Notes: generated from the letters alone by a model not told the origin. Numbered from the stretch's first letter, positions 10,019 to 16,945 are shown. The stretch: DNA of 20,000 nucleotides from an uncultured virus (IMG/VR IMGVR_UViG_3300046009_012017) (IMGVR_UViG_3300046009_012017), one strand, 5' to 3'. Numbers and translations: made by a program.

Positions 10019-10238
10019 TTTTCTTGAAGCGGTTTAAAGGGTTACTTCAAATATACAATTAACAGCGATAGGATTGGTTCTATGGTTCCAATCTAATTAA
10101 AGGCTAATTACTGTATTAATCTGAAAGCGCCAGAAATGGAACTAAAGGTAGATGCCCGGTTTAATCCACCTGACTAGAAATTCGGGGGCGATTACCTCAC
10201 GTAATGAGGGACCACTCTTTAAAGATTTCTCAAGAAAA
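10019..10238 (+). ncRNA. Structured RNA unit 1 (candidate Ro/TROVE-binding Y-like RNA) with large insert
   Basis: TTTTCTTGA/TCAAGAAAA closing stem, GAAGCGG, TTTAAAGGGT/ACTCTTTAAA stem, TACTTCA and TTCTC motifs. Confidence 0.65.
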
Positions 10239-10253
10239 CTATTATATATAAAC

Positions 10254-10325
10254 TCCGAAGCGGGAATGAGGGATACTTCAAATTATAGGAAAAACGAAAA
10301 CAAACCCTCGTTTAATATTCTCGGA
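10254..10325 (+). ncRNA. Structured RNA unit 2 (candidate Y-like RNA)
   Basis: TCCGA/TCGGA stem, GAAGCGG, GAATGAGGG/CCCTCGTTT stem, TACTTCA and TTCTC motifs. Confidence 0.65.
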
Positions 10326-10336
10326 TTTTAAATTTT

Positions 10337-10418
10337 TATTCTGAAGCGGGATTGGCGGATACTTCAAAAATGATTGTTAGACACCAAAAAAATCCACGAA
10401 TCAAAAATTCTCAGAATA
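10337..10418 (+). ncRNA. Structured RNA unit 3 (candidate Y-like RNA)
   Basis: TATTCTGA/TCAGAATA stem, GAAGCGG, GATT..GGAT/ATCC..AATC stem, TACTTCA and TTCTC motifs. Confidence 0.65.
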
Positions 10419-10425
10419 TAACTTT

Positions 10426-10462
10426 AAGGGGTTTGGACGCTATGCGACTGGACCCCTTTTTT
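10426..10462 (+). terminator. Intrinsic terminator between the RNA array and the TROVE gene
   Basis: AAGGGGTTTGG...CTGGACCCCTT stem (with G-U pairs) ending in a T6 tract. Confidence 0.7.
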
Positions 10463-10488
10463 ATTGTGTAATTATTAAAAACAAATAT

Positions 10489-12114
10489 ATGTCAAGATTA
10501 AGTGGATTTGCAGAAAAGGAAACAGCTAAAAGAATAGCTGAAAATTCAAAATATGGTGCTTTTGCAGTAGAGAACTTCATGGGCGGAACTTCCTATGAGT
10601 TAAACCCTCTCAATACTTTAAAGATCATAGCTGCTTCTTCTATATTCGGCGAGCCTCAATATTACAGAGATGGATTAGGAACGCCTAAGAATATAGATAC
10701 GCTAACGAAATATTCTATATTCCCAGAGATGTTTAAGGATTCTAGAAGTGCTGTTGAAATATTCGAGAGCGCAATAGACTCTTCTTTAGATTATGATTTT
10801 AAGGGAACTTTAGATCTTGCTCTTGAGTTAAGAAGTGTTTACTTCATGAGATTAAATCCCTCCGTTATATTTGTAAGAGCTTCTCAGCATCCAAATAGGA
10901 TCGAATTCAACGAGATGGTCCCTGGATATATGAAATCCATTGGTAAAAAGATTGCAGAAAGACCGGACGATCTAACTAATCAATTTGAATATTACATGTT
11001 TAAAAACAAAGGTAAGGCAAAACTACCTTCCCTTGTTAAAAGAACATGGGCTGAACGATTAGAGGAGTTTAGCAGATACCAGTTAAACAAATACAAGGGG
11101 AAAAAACTTATCGATCTAGTTCGTATCTCACATGCTTCTAATGATGATATTAGTGAGCTAATGAGAACAGGAAAGCTTGAAATTAAAGAATCAGAAAAAA
11201 CATGGGAGTCTTTAAAGTCAGAGGGAAAAACTTGGAAAGAAATAACTGATACTATCGTTATTCCTCATATGGCTCTTCTAAGAAATCTTAGAGGAATATT
11301 CACAGAGGTCGAAGACAGATCGATAGCTGCTAGAATCTTAGCACAGTTAAAAGGCGGTGTGGAAAAAGGTAAGCAATTTCCTTTCCGCTATTGGTCAGCT
11401 TATAAAGCAATACAGGGTGCGGACGTCCATAACAAGCAAGCCATTCTGGATACACTCGAAGAATGTATAGATATTTCTGTTGGTAATATGCCTAAATTAA
11501 ACGGTAAAGTTGCTTGCTTGTCCGATAATTCAGGATCTTCGTGGGGATCTTGTAATAGCGAATATGGGACAGTAACTGTAGCAGAGATTGCTAATCTTTC
11601 GTCCCTTATTACTGCATTACAATCAGATGAAGGAGTGGTTGGAGTATTTGGTGACGAATTATCATTACAGCCAGTATCCAAAAGAAATGGTCTGCTAACC
11701 CAATTAAAAGAAACATCTGAAAGGGGTAGAAAACAAGGAGGAGGAACAGAAAATGGTATTTGGATTTTCTGGGATGATGCTATAAAAAATAAAGTTCACT
11801 ATGACACTGTATTCATATATTCAGATATGCAGGCAGGTCATGGAGGTCTTTATGGGCACAGACATACTGTAGGTTCATCGCCTTACGGATTCGACGGGCA
11901 AGGAGATGTACACGTTGACGTATTATCTATGGTACAGGAATACAGAAGAACTGTAAATTCTAAAGTTAATGTCTTCTGTGTACAAGTAGCTGGATACAAC
12001 AATTCAGTATTACCTGAGAATCTTTACCGAGGAGCAATCCTTGCCGGATGGACTGGTAAAGAGCCTTCATTCGCAAAATCAATTATTGACATCTGGGATT
12101 CTATAGAGTCATAA
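10489..12114 (+). CDS. TROVE-domain Ro60/Rsr-like RNA-binding protein with C-terminal vWA domain
   Basis: 541 aa. NFMGG.SY...L...AASSIFGEPQYY, YQLNKY, TWE, PHMALLRNLR, QFPFRYWSAY, MIDAS motif DNSGS, and YSDMQ. Confidence 0.93.
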   Translation: MSRLSGFAEKETAKRIAENSKYGAFAVENFMGGTSYELNPLNTLKIIAASSIFGEPQYYRDGLGTPKNIDTLTKYSIFPEMFKDSRSAVEIFESAIDSSLDYDFKGTLDLALELRSVYFMRLNPSVIFVRASQHPNRIEFNEMVPGYMKSIGKKIAERPDDLTNQFEYYMFKNKGKAKLPSLVKRTWAERLEEFSRYQLNKYKGKKLIDLVRISHASNDDISELMRTGKLEIKESEKTWESLKSEGKTWKEITDTIVIPHMALLRNLRGIFTEVEDRSIAARILAQLKGGVEKGKQFPFRYWSAYKAIQGADVHNKQAILDTLEECIDISVGNMPKLNGKVACLSDNSGSSWGSCNSEYGTVTVAEIANLSSLITALQSDEGVVGVFGDELSLQPVSKRNGLLTQLKETSERGRKQGGGTENGIWIFWDDAIKNKVHYDTVFIYSDMQAGHGGLYGHRHTVGSSPYGFDGQGDVHVDVLSMVQEYRRTVNSKVNVFCVQVAGYNNSVLPENLYRGAILAGWTGKEPSFAKSIIDIWDSIES

Positions 12115-12138
12115 TCAGATATTATAGACTAATTATCT

Positions 12139-12167
12139 AATCCTCACCTTAGGGTGAGGATTTTTTT
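12139..12167 (+). terminator. Intrinsic terminator after the TROVE gene
   Basis: AATCCTCACC-TTAG-GGTGAGGATT perfect stem plus T tract. Confidence 0.88.
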
Positions 12168-12201
12168 GTGTTTTTTTGATAGAATCAAGATAAATAGCTA
12201 T

Positions 12202-12477
12202 ATGAAGAATATAAAAACGTTTGAGAGCTACGGCTACGAGGTTAAAGATATAAGTAGTCAATTCCCAATAAAAAAATACGGAGATGAATTTCCTCTATCA
12301 AATTTAAGCCCTGGTGATTCTGTTGTATATCTAGGTGCTAAATTTACAGTGGATAGTGTTGATGATTATGTAATGGTTTTGAGAAGCAATGACGGATCAA
12401 CTATTAAGGTTAACCAAAATATGTTTAATACTAGAGGGTTTATTGGAAAAGATTACGTTCCCTCTAAAATGATGTAA
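12202..12477 (+). CDS. Hypothetical protein with CTS-like N-terminus (MKNIKTFESY)
   Basis: Probable start ATG 12202 after GATAAATA (12189-12196); the GTG at 12154 lies inside the terminator. Confidence 0.75.
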   Translation: MKNIKTFESYGYEVKDISSQFPIKKYGDEFPLSNLSPGDSVVYLGAKFTVDSVDDYVMVLRSNDGSTIKVNQNMFNTRGFIGKDYVPSKMM

Positions 12478-12478
12478 T

Positions 12479-12679
12479 ATGAGAGACAACGTTAAGATAT
12501 TCGAGATGCTTTCTGAAAAAACTAGAAATGATCTAAATAGTTTTTCAGATCTTCTAGAGGAATCAACTGGAAATATTGATATTAGTAAGAGATTCTCTGA
12601 TCTAATACAAAGGGTAGTAGTAGAGTCATACTACGGTTCGAAAGAAAAAATAAATTTTAATCCGGATGGCAAAGGTTAA
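12479..12679 (+). CDS. Hypothetical protein
   Basis: 66-aa ORF starting 1 nt after the upstream stop. Confidence 0.65.
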   Translation: MRDNVKIFEMLSEKTRNDLNSFSDLLEESTGNIDISKRFSDLIQRVVVESYYGSKEKINFNPDGKG

Positions 12680-12812
12680 AAACTCAGATTCACTTAAAAA
12701 TCACAAAAGATCGCACAAAAAGAAAAGACCTGGTATACATTCAAAATGTAAATCTAGCGTAAGTAAGAATGCTAAACACTACAAAAAGCCCTATAAATCT
12801 CAAGGAAGATAG
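12666..12812 (+). CDS. Small highly basic phage protein (48 aa, absent from the ORF track)
   Basis: MAKVKNSDSLKNHKRSHKKKRPGIHSKCKSSVSKNAKHYKKPYKSQGR; resembles small phage proteins ending in KxYxxQG(R/K). Confidence 0.7.
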   Translation: MAKVKNSDSLKNHKRSHKKKRPGIHSKCKSSVSKNAKHYKKPYKSQGR

Positions 12813-12839
12813 GAAGGATATATAATAAAAAAGATTAAA

Positions 12840-13241
12840 ATGAGACATCTTAGAATATACGAGAGTTTTGTCAGAGAAATGGATCCTATGACTATGGACC
12901 AGGACATGGATACTATGGAAATGGATCAGGACATGGAGACTCAATACGATCCCTATGCTACTGGAGAATTCGAAGCAGAATCAACTTCGTTTACACCTAT
13001 TGATGATGAAAAAGACGGCGATTATATAGTTAATTTTATAAATGCTGACGGAGAAGAAACAACTATAACGATAGGACATGCAATAGATCCAGAGTATGTT
13101 GGCAAAACAATGGTAAGTTCAATCGATATGATCCCTGACTCTAGTTCAGACGGTAGAGAATATTCATTGGTTGGATACTATGACGAAATACCAGGATCTG
13201 CTGGAGCTTATGAGCTAAAAAAAGTTCTAATTGAAGGATAA
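12840..13241 (+). CDS. Acidic hypothetical protein with CTS-like N-terminus (MRHLRIYESFVRE)
   Basis: 133 aa; GATATATA at 12817-12824; short MDQDM duplication. Confidence 0.75.
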   Translation: MRHLRIYESFVREMDPMTMDQDMDTMEMDQDMETQYDPYATGEFEAESTSFTPIDDEKDGDYIVNFINADGEETTITIGHAIDPEYVGKTMVSSIDMIPDSSSDGREYSLVGYYDEIPGSAGAYELKKVLIEG

Positions 13242-13531
13242 TGTCTATTAAAATCTATTCCGGATACGACGAATTTAAATACGAAGAGCCCGAACTATGC
13301 GAATATGTAGAGGATGAATCAGGATATCCGGATGAATCGGAATCAGAAGAAGAAACTGATGATATATTTTTCTATTCTAGAGAATCCAATAGTTTTTCTG
13401 ACACTTCCACTTTTTATGTAGTTTCTGATTTAGAGGATGAAGAAAATGCGGAAGACATATCTGGGTATCTAGGTAAGTTTAAAAGAATCTATATAAATGA
13501 TTCTCACAAGGTTTTATTTTGCGTAAGTTAA
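13241..13531 (+). CDS. Acidic hypothetical protein
   Basis: 96 aa; TAATG stop/start overlap with the upstream gene. Confidence 0.7.
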   Translation: MSIKIYSGYDEFKYEEPELCEYVEDESGYPDESESEEETDDIFFYSRESNSFSDTSTFYVVSDLEDEENAEDISGYLGKFKRIYINDSHKVLFCVS

Positions 13532-13535
13532 AAAA

Positions 13536-14462
13536 ATGAATAATATACTATCTTTTAAAGATTTTGTTCTCTTTGAAGACAAAGAGACTAACACAACAAA
13601 AAAACTCTTCGATCTTGATAACAAGATGACTTATAAGACCATTAAGGATTTAAGAACATCTAAAATAGGAGACAAAAGATACACTTTCTTCTGTGTTGGA
13701 AGCGGAATGGAAGCTTATGCAAATTCATTCTTAGAAAAGGATAAAGAGAGAGGCGAGGCGCTTCAAAAAATTGCAAACAACAAAGATAAAACATTAGTCT
13801 TTAGCGAGCAGGGAATATACGTAGTATCTGAGGCGGTATTTAACGGACTAGTTTCTCTTTCAACAACTATCTTTACATACGTTCCAGATGGATCTATAAC
13901 AGCAGGAATTAGTATAACAAGGGTTTTTAAGCTTATTAATGTTTACTACAATAATAAAGGAAAAGCACCATTCGATAGTATGAAGGAAGATCCGGCAGCA
14001 ATAGCAAAAATAATAATATCGGATCTTTATAAATTGGCGGATTCGTCACCTAAGGCATCAGAGGCGGTATCTGTTTTAACAGTAGCACTTTATAAATCTG
14101 CCCCTTCATCATTTAAAACAATACCTAATTTCTTAGAAGATTGCGTCTATAATACAGCAAAGGACCTAAATCTAAAATCTGTAAAAGTTGGACAGAATAT
14201 AGAAGATTTCTATAAAGTAGCACAAAATACTCTGGATAATCTTAATGTACCAATTCTTAAAAATATAGAAATGGGTCTTGATAAAATGTCTGCTATAATA
14301 GAAAAAGGAATAAGAAAGACTAATATATTTTCAACAAAGATAGGTAAAGAAGCTGGTGAGGCTTTAAAAGCAGCTCAAGAAAGAATAGCTCCTACAGGTA
14401 AAGCTATAGCCTCTAAGAGTAAACCTATATGGGATTCTATATTTGGAAAAAAATCGAAATAA
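13536..14462 (+). CDS. Hypothetical protein with CTS-like N-terminus (MNNILSFKDFVLFE)
   Basis: 308-aa ORF. Confidence 0.8.
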   Translation: MNNILSFKDFVLFEDKETNTTKKLFDLDNKMTYKTIKDLRTSKIGDKRYTFFCVGSGMEAYANSFLEKDKERGEALQKIANNKDKTLVFSEQGIYVVSEAVFNGLVSLSTTIFTYVPDGSITAGISITRVFKLINVYYNNKGKAPFDSMKEDPAAIAKIIISDLYKLADSSPKASEAVSVLTVALYKSAPSSFKTIPNFLEDCVYNTAKDLNLKSVKVGQNIEDFYKVAQNTLDNLNVPILKNIEMGLDKMSAIIEKGIRKTNIFSTKIGKEAGEALKAAQERIAPTGKAIASKSKPIWDSIFGKKSK

Positions 14463-14499
14463 TTCCTGAAATCGTTTTTTTTATTTATGTTAAACCCTC

Positions 14500-14535
14500 T
14501 ATATTTGTGAAACAAAACAAAAGGAACGATATATA
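14500..14535 (+). promoter_or_regulatory. Promoter region of tRNA operon 1 (TATATTTG -7 element at 14500-14507; GATATATA at 14528-14535)
   Basis: Both motifs lie upstream of the leader ORF. Confidence 0.5.
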
Positions 14536-14543
14536 ACAGATAT

Positions 14544-14618
14544 ATGAAAAATCTAAACAACATATTACCTATATCATTAAGACCGTCGATAAGACGATCT
14601 CTAAAGGTCCTGTGTTAG
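14544..14618 (+). CDS. Putative attenuator leader peptide 1 (MKNLNNILPISLRPSIRRSLKVLC)
   Basis: 24-codon ORF; central codons match the downstream tRNAs, and the 3' end overlaps the antiterminator strand. Confidence 0.7.
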   Translation: MKNLNNILPISLRPSIRRSLKVLC

Positions 14619-14673
14619 TTTTCAATATATACTAAACTAAAAAACCGGGACCTTTAAAAGTCCCGGTTTTTTT
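14602..14673 (+). terminator. Attenuator 1: antiterminator (14602-14612/14646-14656) versus terminator (14645-14651/14660-14666 plus T7)
   Basis: TAAAGGTCCTG pairs with CGGGACCTTTA; alternatively CCGGGAC pairs with GTCCCGG, followed by TTTTTTT. Confidence 0.8.
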
Positions 14674-14674
14674 A

Positions 14675-14686
14675 TGTTCTTTGAAA
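14675..14686 (+). promoter_or_regulatory. boxA-like element
   Basis: TGTTCTTTGAAA 5 nt before the first tRNA; an identical copy is at 19589-19600. Confidence 0.65.
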
Positions 14687-14691
14687 TAATT

Positions 14692-14780
14692 GGAGAGGTG
14701 GCAGAGTTGGTTTAATGCACCTGTCTTGAAAACAGACGTAGTGAAAGTTACCGGGGGTTCGAATCCCTCCCTCTCCGCCA
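14692..14780 (+). tRNA. tRNA-Ser(TGA)
   Basis: Cloverleaf, loop CTTGAAA, long variable arm, encoded CCA. Confidence 0.95.
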
Positions 14781-14783
14781 ATT

Positions 14784-14857
14784 GGTCCGATAGCTCAGCT
14801 GGATAGAGCAACTGCCTTCTAAGCAGTAGGTCGCAGGTTCGAATCCTGCTCGGATCA
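14784..14857 (+). tRNA. tRNA-Arg(TCT)
   Basis: ACTGC-CTTCTAA-GCAGT anticodon arm; canonical T arm. Confidence 0.95.
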
Positions 14858-14863
14858 CTATAT

Positions 14864-14939
14864 CGGGATGTAGATCAGTTGGTAGATCGCCTGGTTTGGG
14901 ACCAGGAGGCCCCAGGTTCGAGTCCTGGTATCCCGACCA
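14864..14939 (+). tRNA. tRNA-Pro(TGG)
   Basis: CCTGG-TTTGGGA-CCAGG anticodon arm; encoded CCA. Confidence 0.95.
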
Positions 14940-14940
14940 T

Positions 14941-15014
14941 AGAGATGTAGCTCAATTGGTTAGAGCACATGCCTTATACGCATGCGGTCACGAGTTCGAC
15001 TCTCGTCGTCTCTA
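14941..15014 (+). tRNA. tRNA-Ile(TAT)
   Basis: CATGC-CTTATAC-GCATG anticodon arm; AGAGATG/CGTCTCT acceptor stem; A73. Confidence 0.88.
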
Positions 15015-15018
15015 CTTA

Positions 15019-15092
15019 GGTCCCTTAGCTCAGTAGGTTAGAGCAACTGACTCATAATCAGTAGGTCCACGGTTCGAGCCCGTGAGGGACCA
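15019..15092 (+). tRNA. tRNA-Ile2(CAT), lysidine type (elongator Met less likely)
   Basis: GGTCCCTTAGCTCAG...GACTCATAATC...AGGGACCA closely resembles the ileX-type tRNA body. Confidence 0.85.
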
Positions 15093-15107
15093 CAAAATTA
15101 ATAATCT

Positions 15108-15188
15108 GCCTGGGTGGTGAAATTGGTAGACACGTTCGGCTTAAGATCGAATGCGAAATGCGTGAGGGTTCGAGTCCCTCCTCGGGTA
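15108..15188 (+). tRNA. tRNA-Leu(TAA)
   Basis: TTCGG-CTTAAGA-TCGAA anticodon arm; long variable arm. Confidence 0.92.
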
Positions 15189-15193
15189 CATAT

Positions 15194-15296
15194 ATAAGAG
15201 TGGCGGAAGCGAGATCATTTATGATCCGATGGAGAGACGCTAGGGTGTCATGCCCGAGAACGAAAGTTCATGTTGGTTCAAGTCCAACCTCTTGTA
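15194..15296 (+). ncRNA. Aberrant tRNA-like RNA (D-loop hairpin insertion, non-canonical anticodon loop)
   Basis: ATAAGAG/CTCTTGT acceptor stem, GTTGG-TTCAAGT-CCAAC T arm, GAAC-GAAA-GTTC variable arm. Confidence 0.65.
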
Positions 15297-15315
15297 CTTT
15301 TTTAATTATAAATAA

Positions 15316-15603
15316 CTATACAGTTAATTTTTCTACCTTAGCTACTGAATATTTTTTACCCTCTCCGTAATTTCCTCCAGGTGTTTCATTTAAAGTAACT
15401 TTAAAATAGTAACCTGAAACTGAATTACTTTTAATAGAGTAAACAAGATCAGACTTTTGAGTTACTGAATCTATTGATTGCATACCCATTTTAGATGCAA
15501 CAGTATCGCTAGAAATTATTGATTTTATTTTTTCTGCTGTAGAATAAAAAGGCGCAGCAGCCTCATTCATTATTTCGTTTTTAAAATCTTCGAATCTTTT
15601 CAT
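15316..15603 (-). CDS. Hypothetical protein with CTS-like N-terminus (MKRFEDFKNEIMNE)
   Basis: 95-aa ORF. Confidence 0.75.
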   Translation of the reverse strand: MKRFEDFKNEIMNEAAAPFYSTAEKIKSIISSDTVASKMGMQSIDSVTQKSDLVYSIKSNSVSGYYFKVTLNETPGGNYGEGKKYSVAKVEKLTV

Positions 15604-15616
15604 TTCTTATTATATT

Positions 15617-16168
15617 TTACTTAGCCTCTTTAATTCTGAAGTATCCTCGGTGATCGGTTTTACCTGGTTCTACACCATCTTCGAATTTACAATATCCAGT
15701 AGAATTAAAGAAGTTCCATTCTTCTCTTCTGCCTTTACTAAGTTTATCCTGTGGCATTAAAGATCTATTATATTCTTGATTTTCTTGGTTAATTCTCTTA
15801 TACATTCCATTATAAAATGTAGATGTGCTAAGTAAATTCGTAGCTTCTTCCATTAATCTTCTATTGATATTATAGTCAAATATAGCCTCATGAATAGAAA
15901 TCTCTGAAATGCCTCTTCTATAGCTAATCCATTGCGATATAATTCCACCATAATTATATGGTGTATAAGCTAAATCCCCTACGTAAAAAAGATTAAAATA
16001 TGGAGAATTCTCTTTGCTGTGATCGAACAACCTTATGTTAGTATTAAAATATGGTACAGTTCCTCCGAATTCTTTCATTCTATTATGGAATCCAGGAAGT
16101 ATCTCTAATGTTATCGATGTGGGATTATTATTTGTATCAAATCCTTCGAATAGCTTAATATGTTTCAT
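15617..16168 (-). CDS. Hypothetical protein with CTS-like N-terminus (MKHIKLFEGF)
   Basis: 183 aa; GATATATA on the minus strand at 16173-16180. Confidence 0.8.
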   Translation of the reverse strand: MKHIKLFEGFDTNNNPTSITLEILPGFHNRMKEFGGTVPYFNTNIRLFDHSKENSPYFNLFYVGDLAYTPYNYGGIISQWISYRRGISEISIHEAIFDYNINRRLMEEATNLLSTSTFYNGMYKRINQENQEYNRSLMPQDKLSKGRREEWNFFNSTGYCKFEDGVEPGKTDHRGYFRIKEAK

Positions 16169-16252
16169 ATATTATATATCCATAGTATGATCCATAAATA
16201 AGAAACAAAATCTATTATAGGATGTAAAATTGTTAATACAAAACGTAAGATT

Positions 16253-16945
16253 GTGATTGAAGAATTAAAAGATTTTTATTGGGACTGGATGTCAGATGGA
16301 ACGGAACAGGGAAACTATCATAAAGAAACCATGATAGGTGAGATATTTGTCCAAAGAGCCTATGAAAGATTCTTTGAAGTAGATGAGGGAGATATCGTTG
16401 TAGATATTGGAGCTAGTGTAGGTCCTTTTACAAAGTCAATTCTTCATAAAAATCCAAAACACGTATTTTGTTTAGAACCAAGCTATTCCGAATTTAAATG
16501 TCTAGTTAAAAATACCATAGGTTACCCTGTTACACAAGTAAATAAAGGAATATGGGAAACAAACGGAACGGCTAATAGCGATCAACTATTCGGTGGTGAA
16601 TCTGTAATGGAAGCTCTAACATTCCAAACGTTTATAGATCTTTTCTCGATAGAAAAAATAGACTTTCTTAAAACTGATTGTGAAGGGGGTGAGTACGAGA
16701 TATTCAAAACCGAAAATATAGAATACCTAAAAAATAATGTTAGTAAAATAACTGGAGAATGGCACTTAAGAAGCCCTGAGAATAAATTAAGATTTAGAAA
16801 TTTTAGAGATAATATACTTTCACAATTTCAAAAATATGAAGTTTATTCTGTCGATGGTGTCGACATTAAATGGGATTTATGGAATGAGCATTTTATAGAA
16901 TATTATGAGGAGATAATATTGTATATAGATAACAGAACCAATTAA
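16253..16945 (+). CDS. FkbM-family SAM-dependent methyltransferase
   Basis: IVVDIGASVGPF, VFCLEP, IDFLKTDCEGGEYEIF and GEWH motifs. Confidence 0.9.
   Translation: MIEELKDFYWDWMSDGTEQGNYHKETMIGEIFVQRAYERFFEVDEGDIVVDIGASVGPFTKSILHKNPKHVFCLEPSYSEFKCLVKNTIGYPVTQVNKGIWETNGTANSDQLFGGESVMEALTFQTFIDLFSIEKIDFLKTDCEGGEYEIFKTENIEYLKNNVSKITGEWHLRSPENKLRFRNFRDNILSQFQKYEVYSVDGVDIKWDLWNEHFIEYYEEIILYIDNRTN

Noticed and set aside
10250..10328. Canonical Y-RNA bulged-C helix in unit 2 (AAAC-TCCGA/TCGGA-TTT)
   Set aside because: Present in only one of the three units, so it is not used as evidence of homology to canonical Y RNAs.
10019..10418. Three repeated motifs as a mini CRISPR array
   Set aside because: The conserved blocks are only 5-9 nt, unit lengths differ greatly, the ends base-pair with covariation, and no cas genes are present.
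267..14563. Short opposite-strand ORFs (267-452, 2188-2409, 3259-3441, 4947-5195, 5379-5600, 8514-8705, 9667-9849, 11400-11681, 12741-12944, 14375-14563)
   Set aside because: Each overlaps better-supported genes on the other strand and has no recognisable motifs.
14544..14673. T-box riboswitch upstream of the tRNA clusters
   Set aside because: No T-box consensus (GGTGGNACCGCG) or stem I is visible; the leader ORF explains the antiterminator geometry better.
15194..15296. tRNA-Sec or evidence of UGA recoding
   Set aside because: 7-bp acceptor stem, A discriminator and no U33. TGA and TAG terminate apparently complete genes (for example thioredoxin), so standard code 11 fits.
15158..15370. 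70-aa + strand ORF
   Set aside because: Overlaps tRNA-Leu, the tRNA-like RNA and a minus-strand gene.
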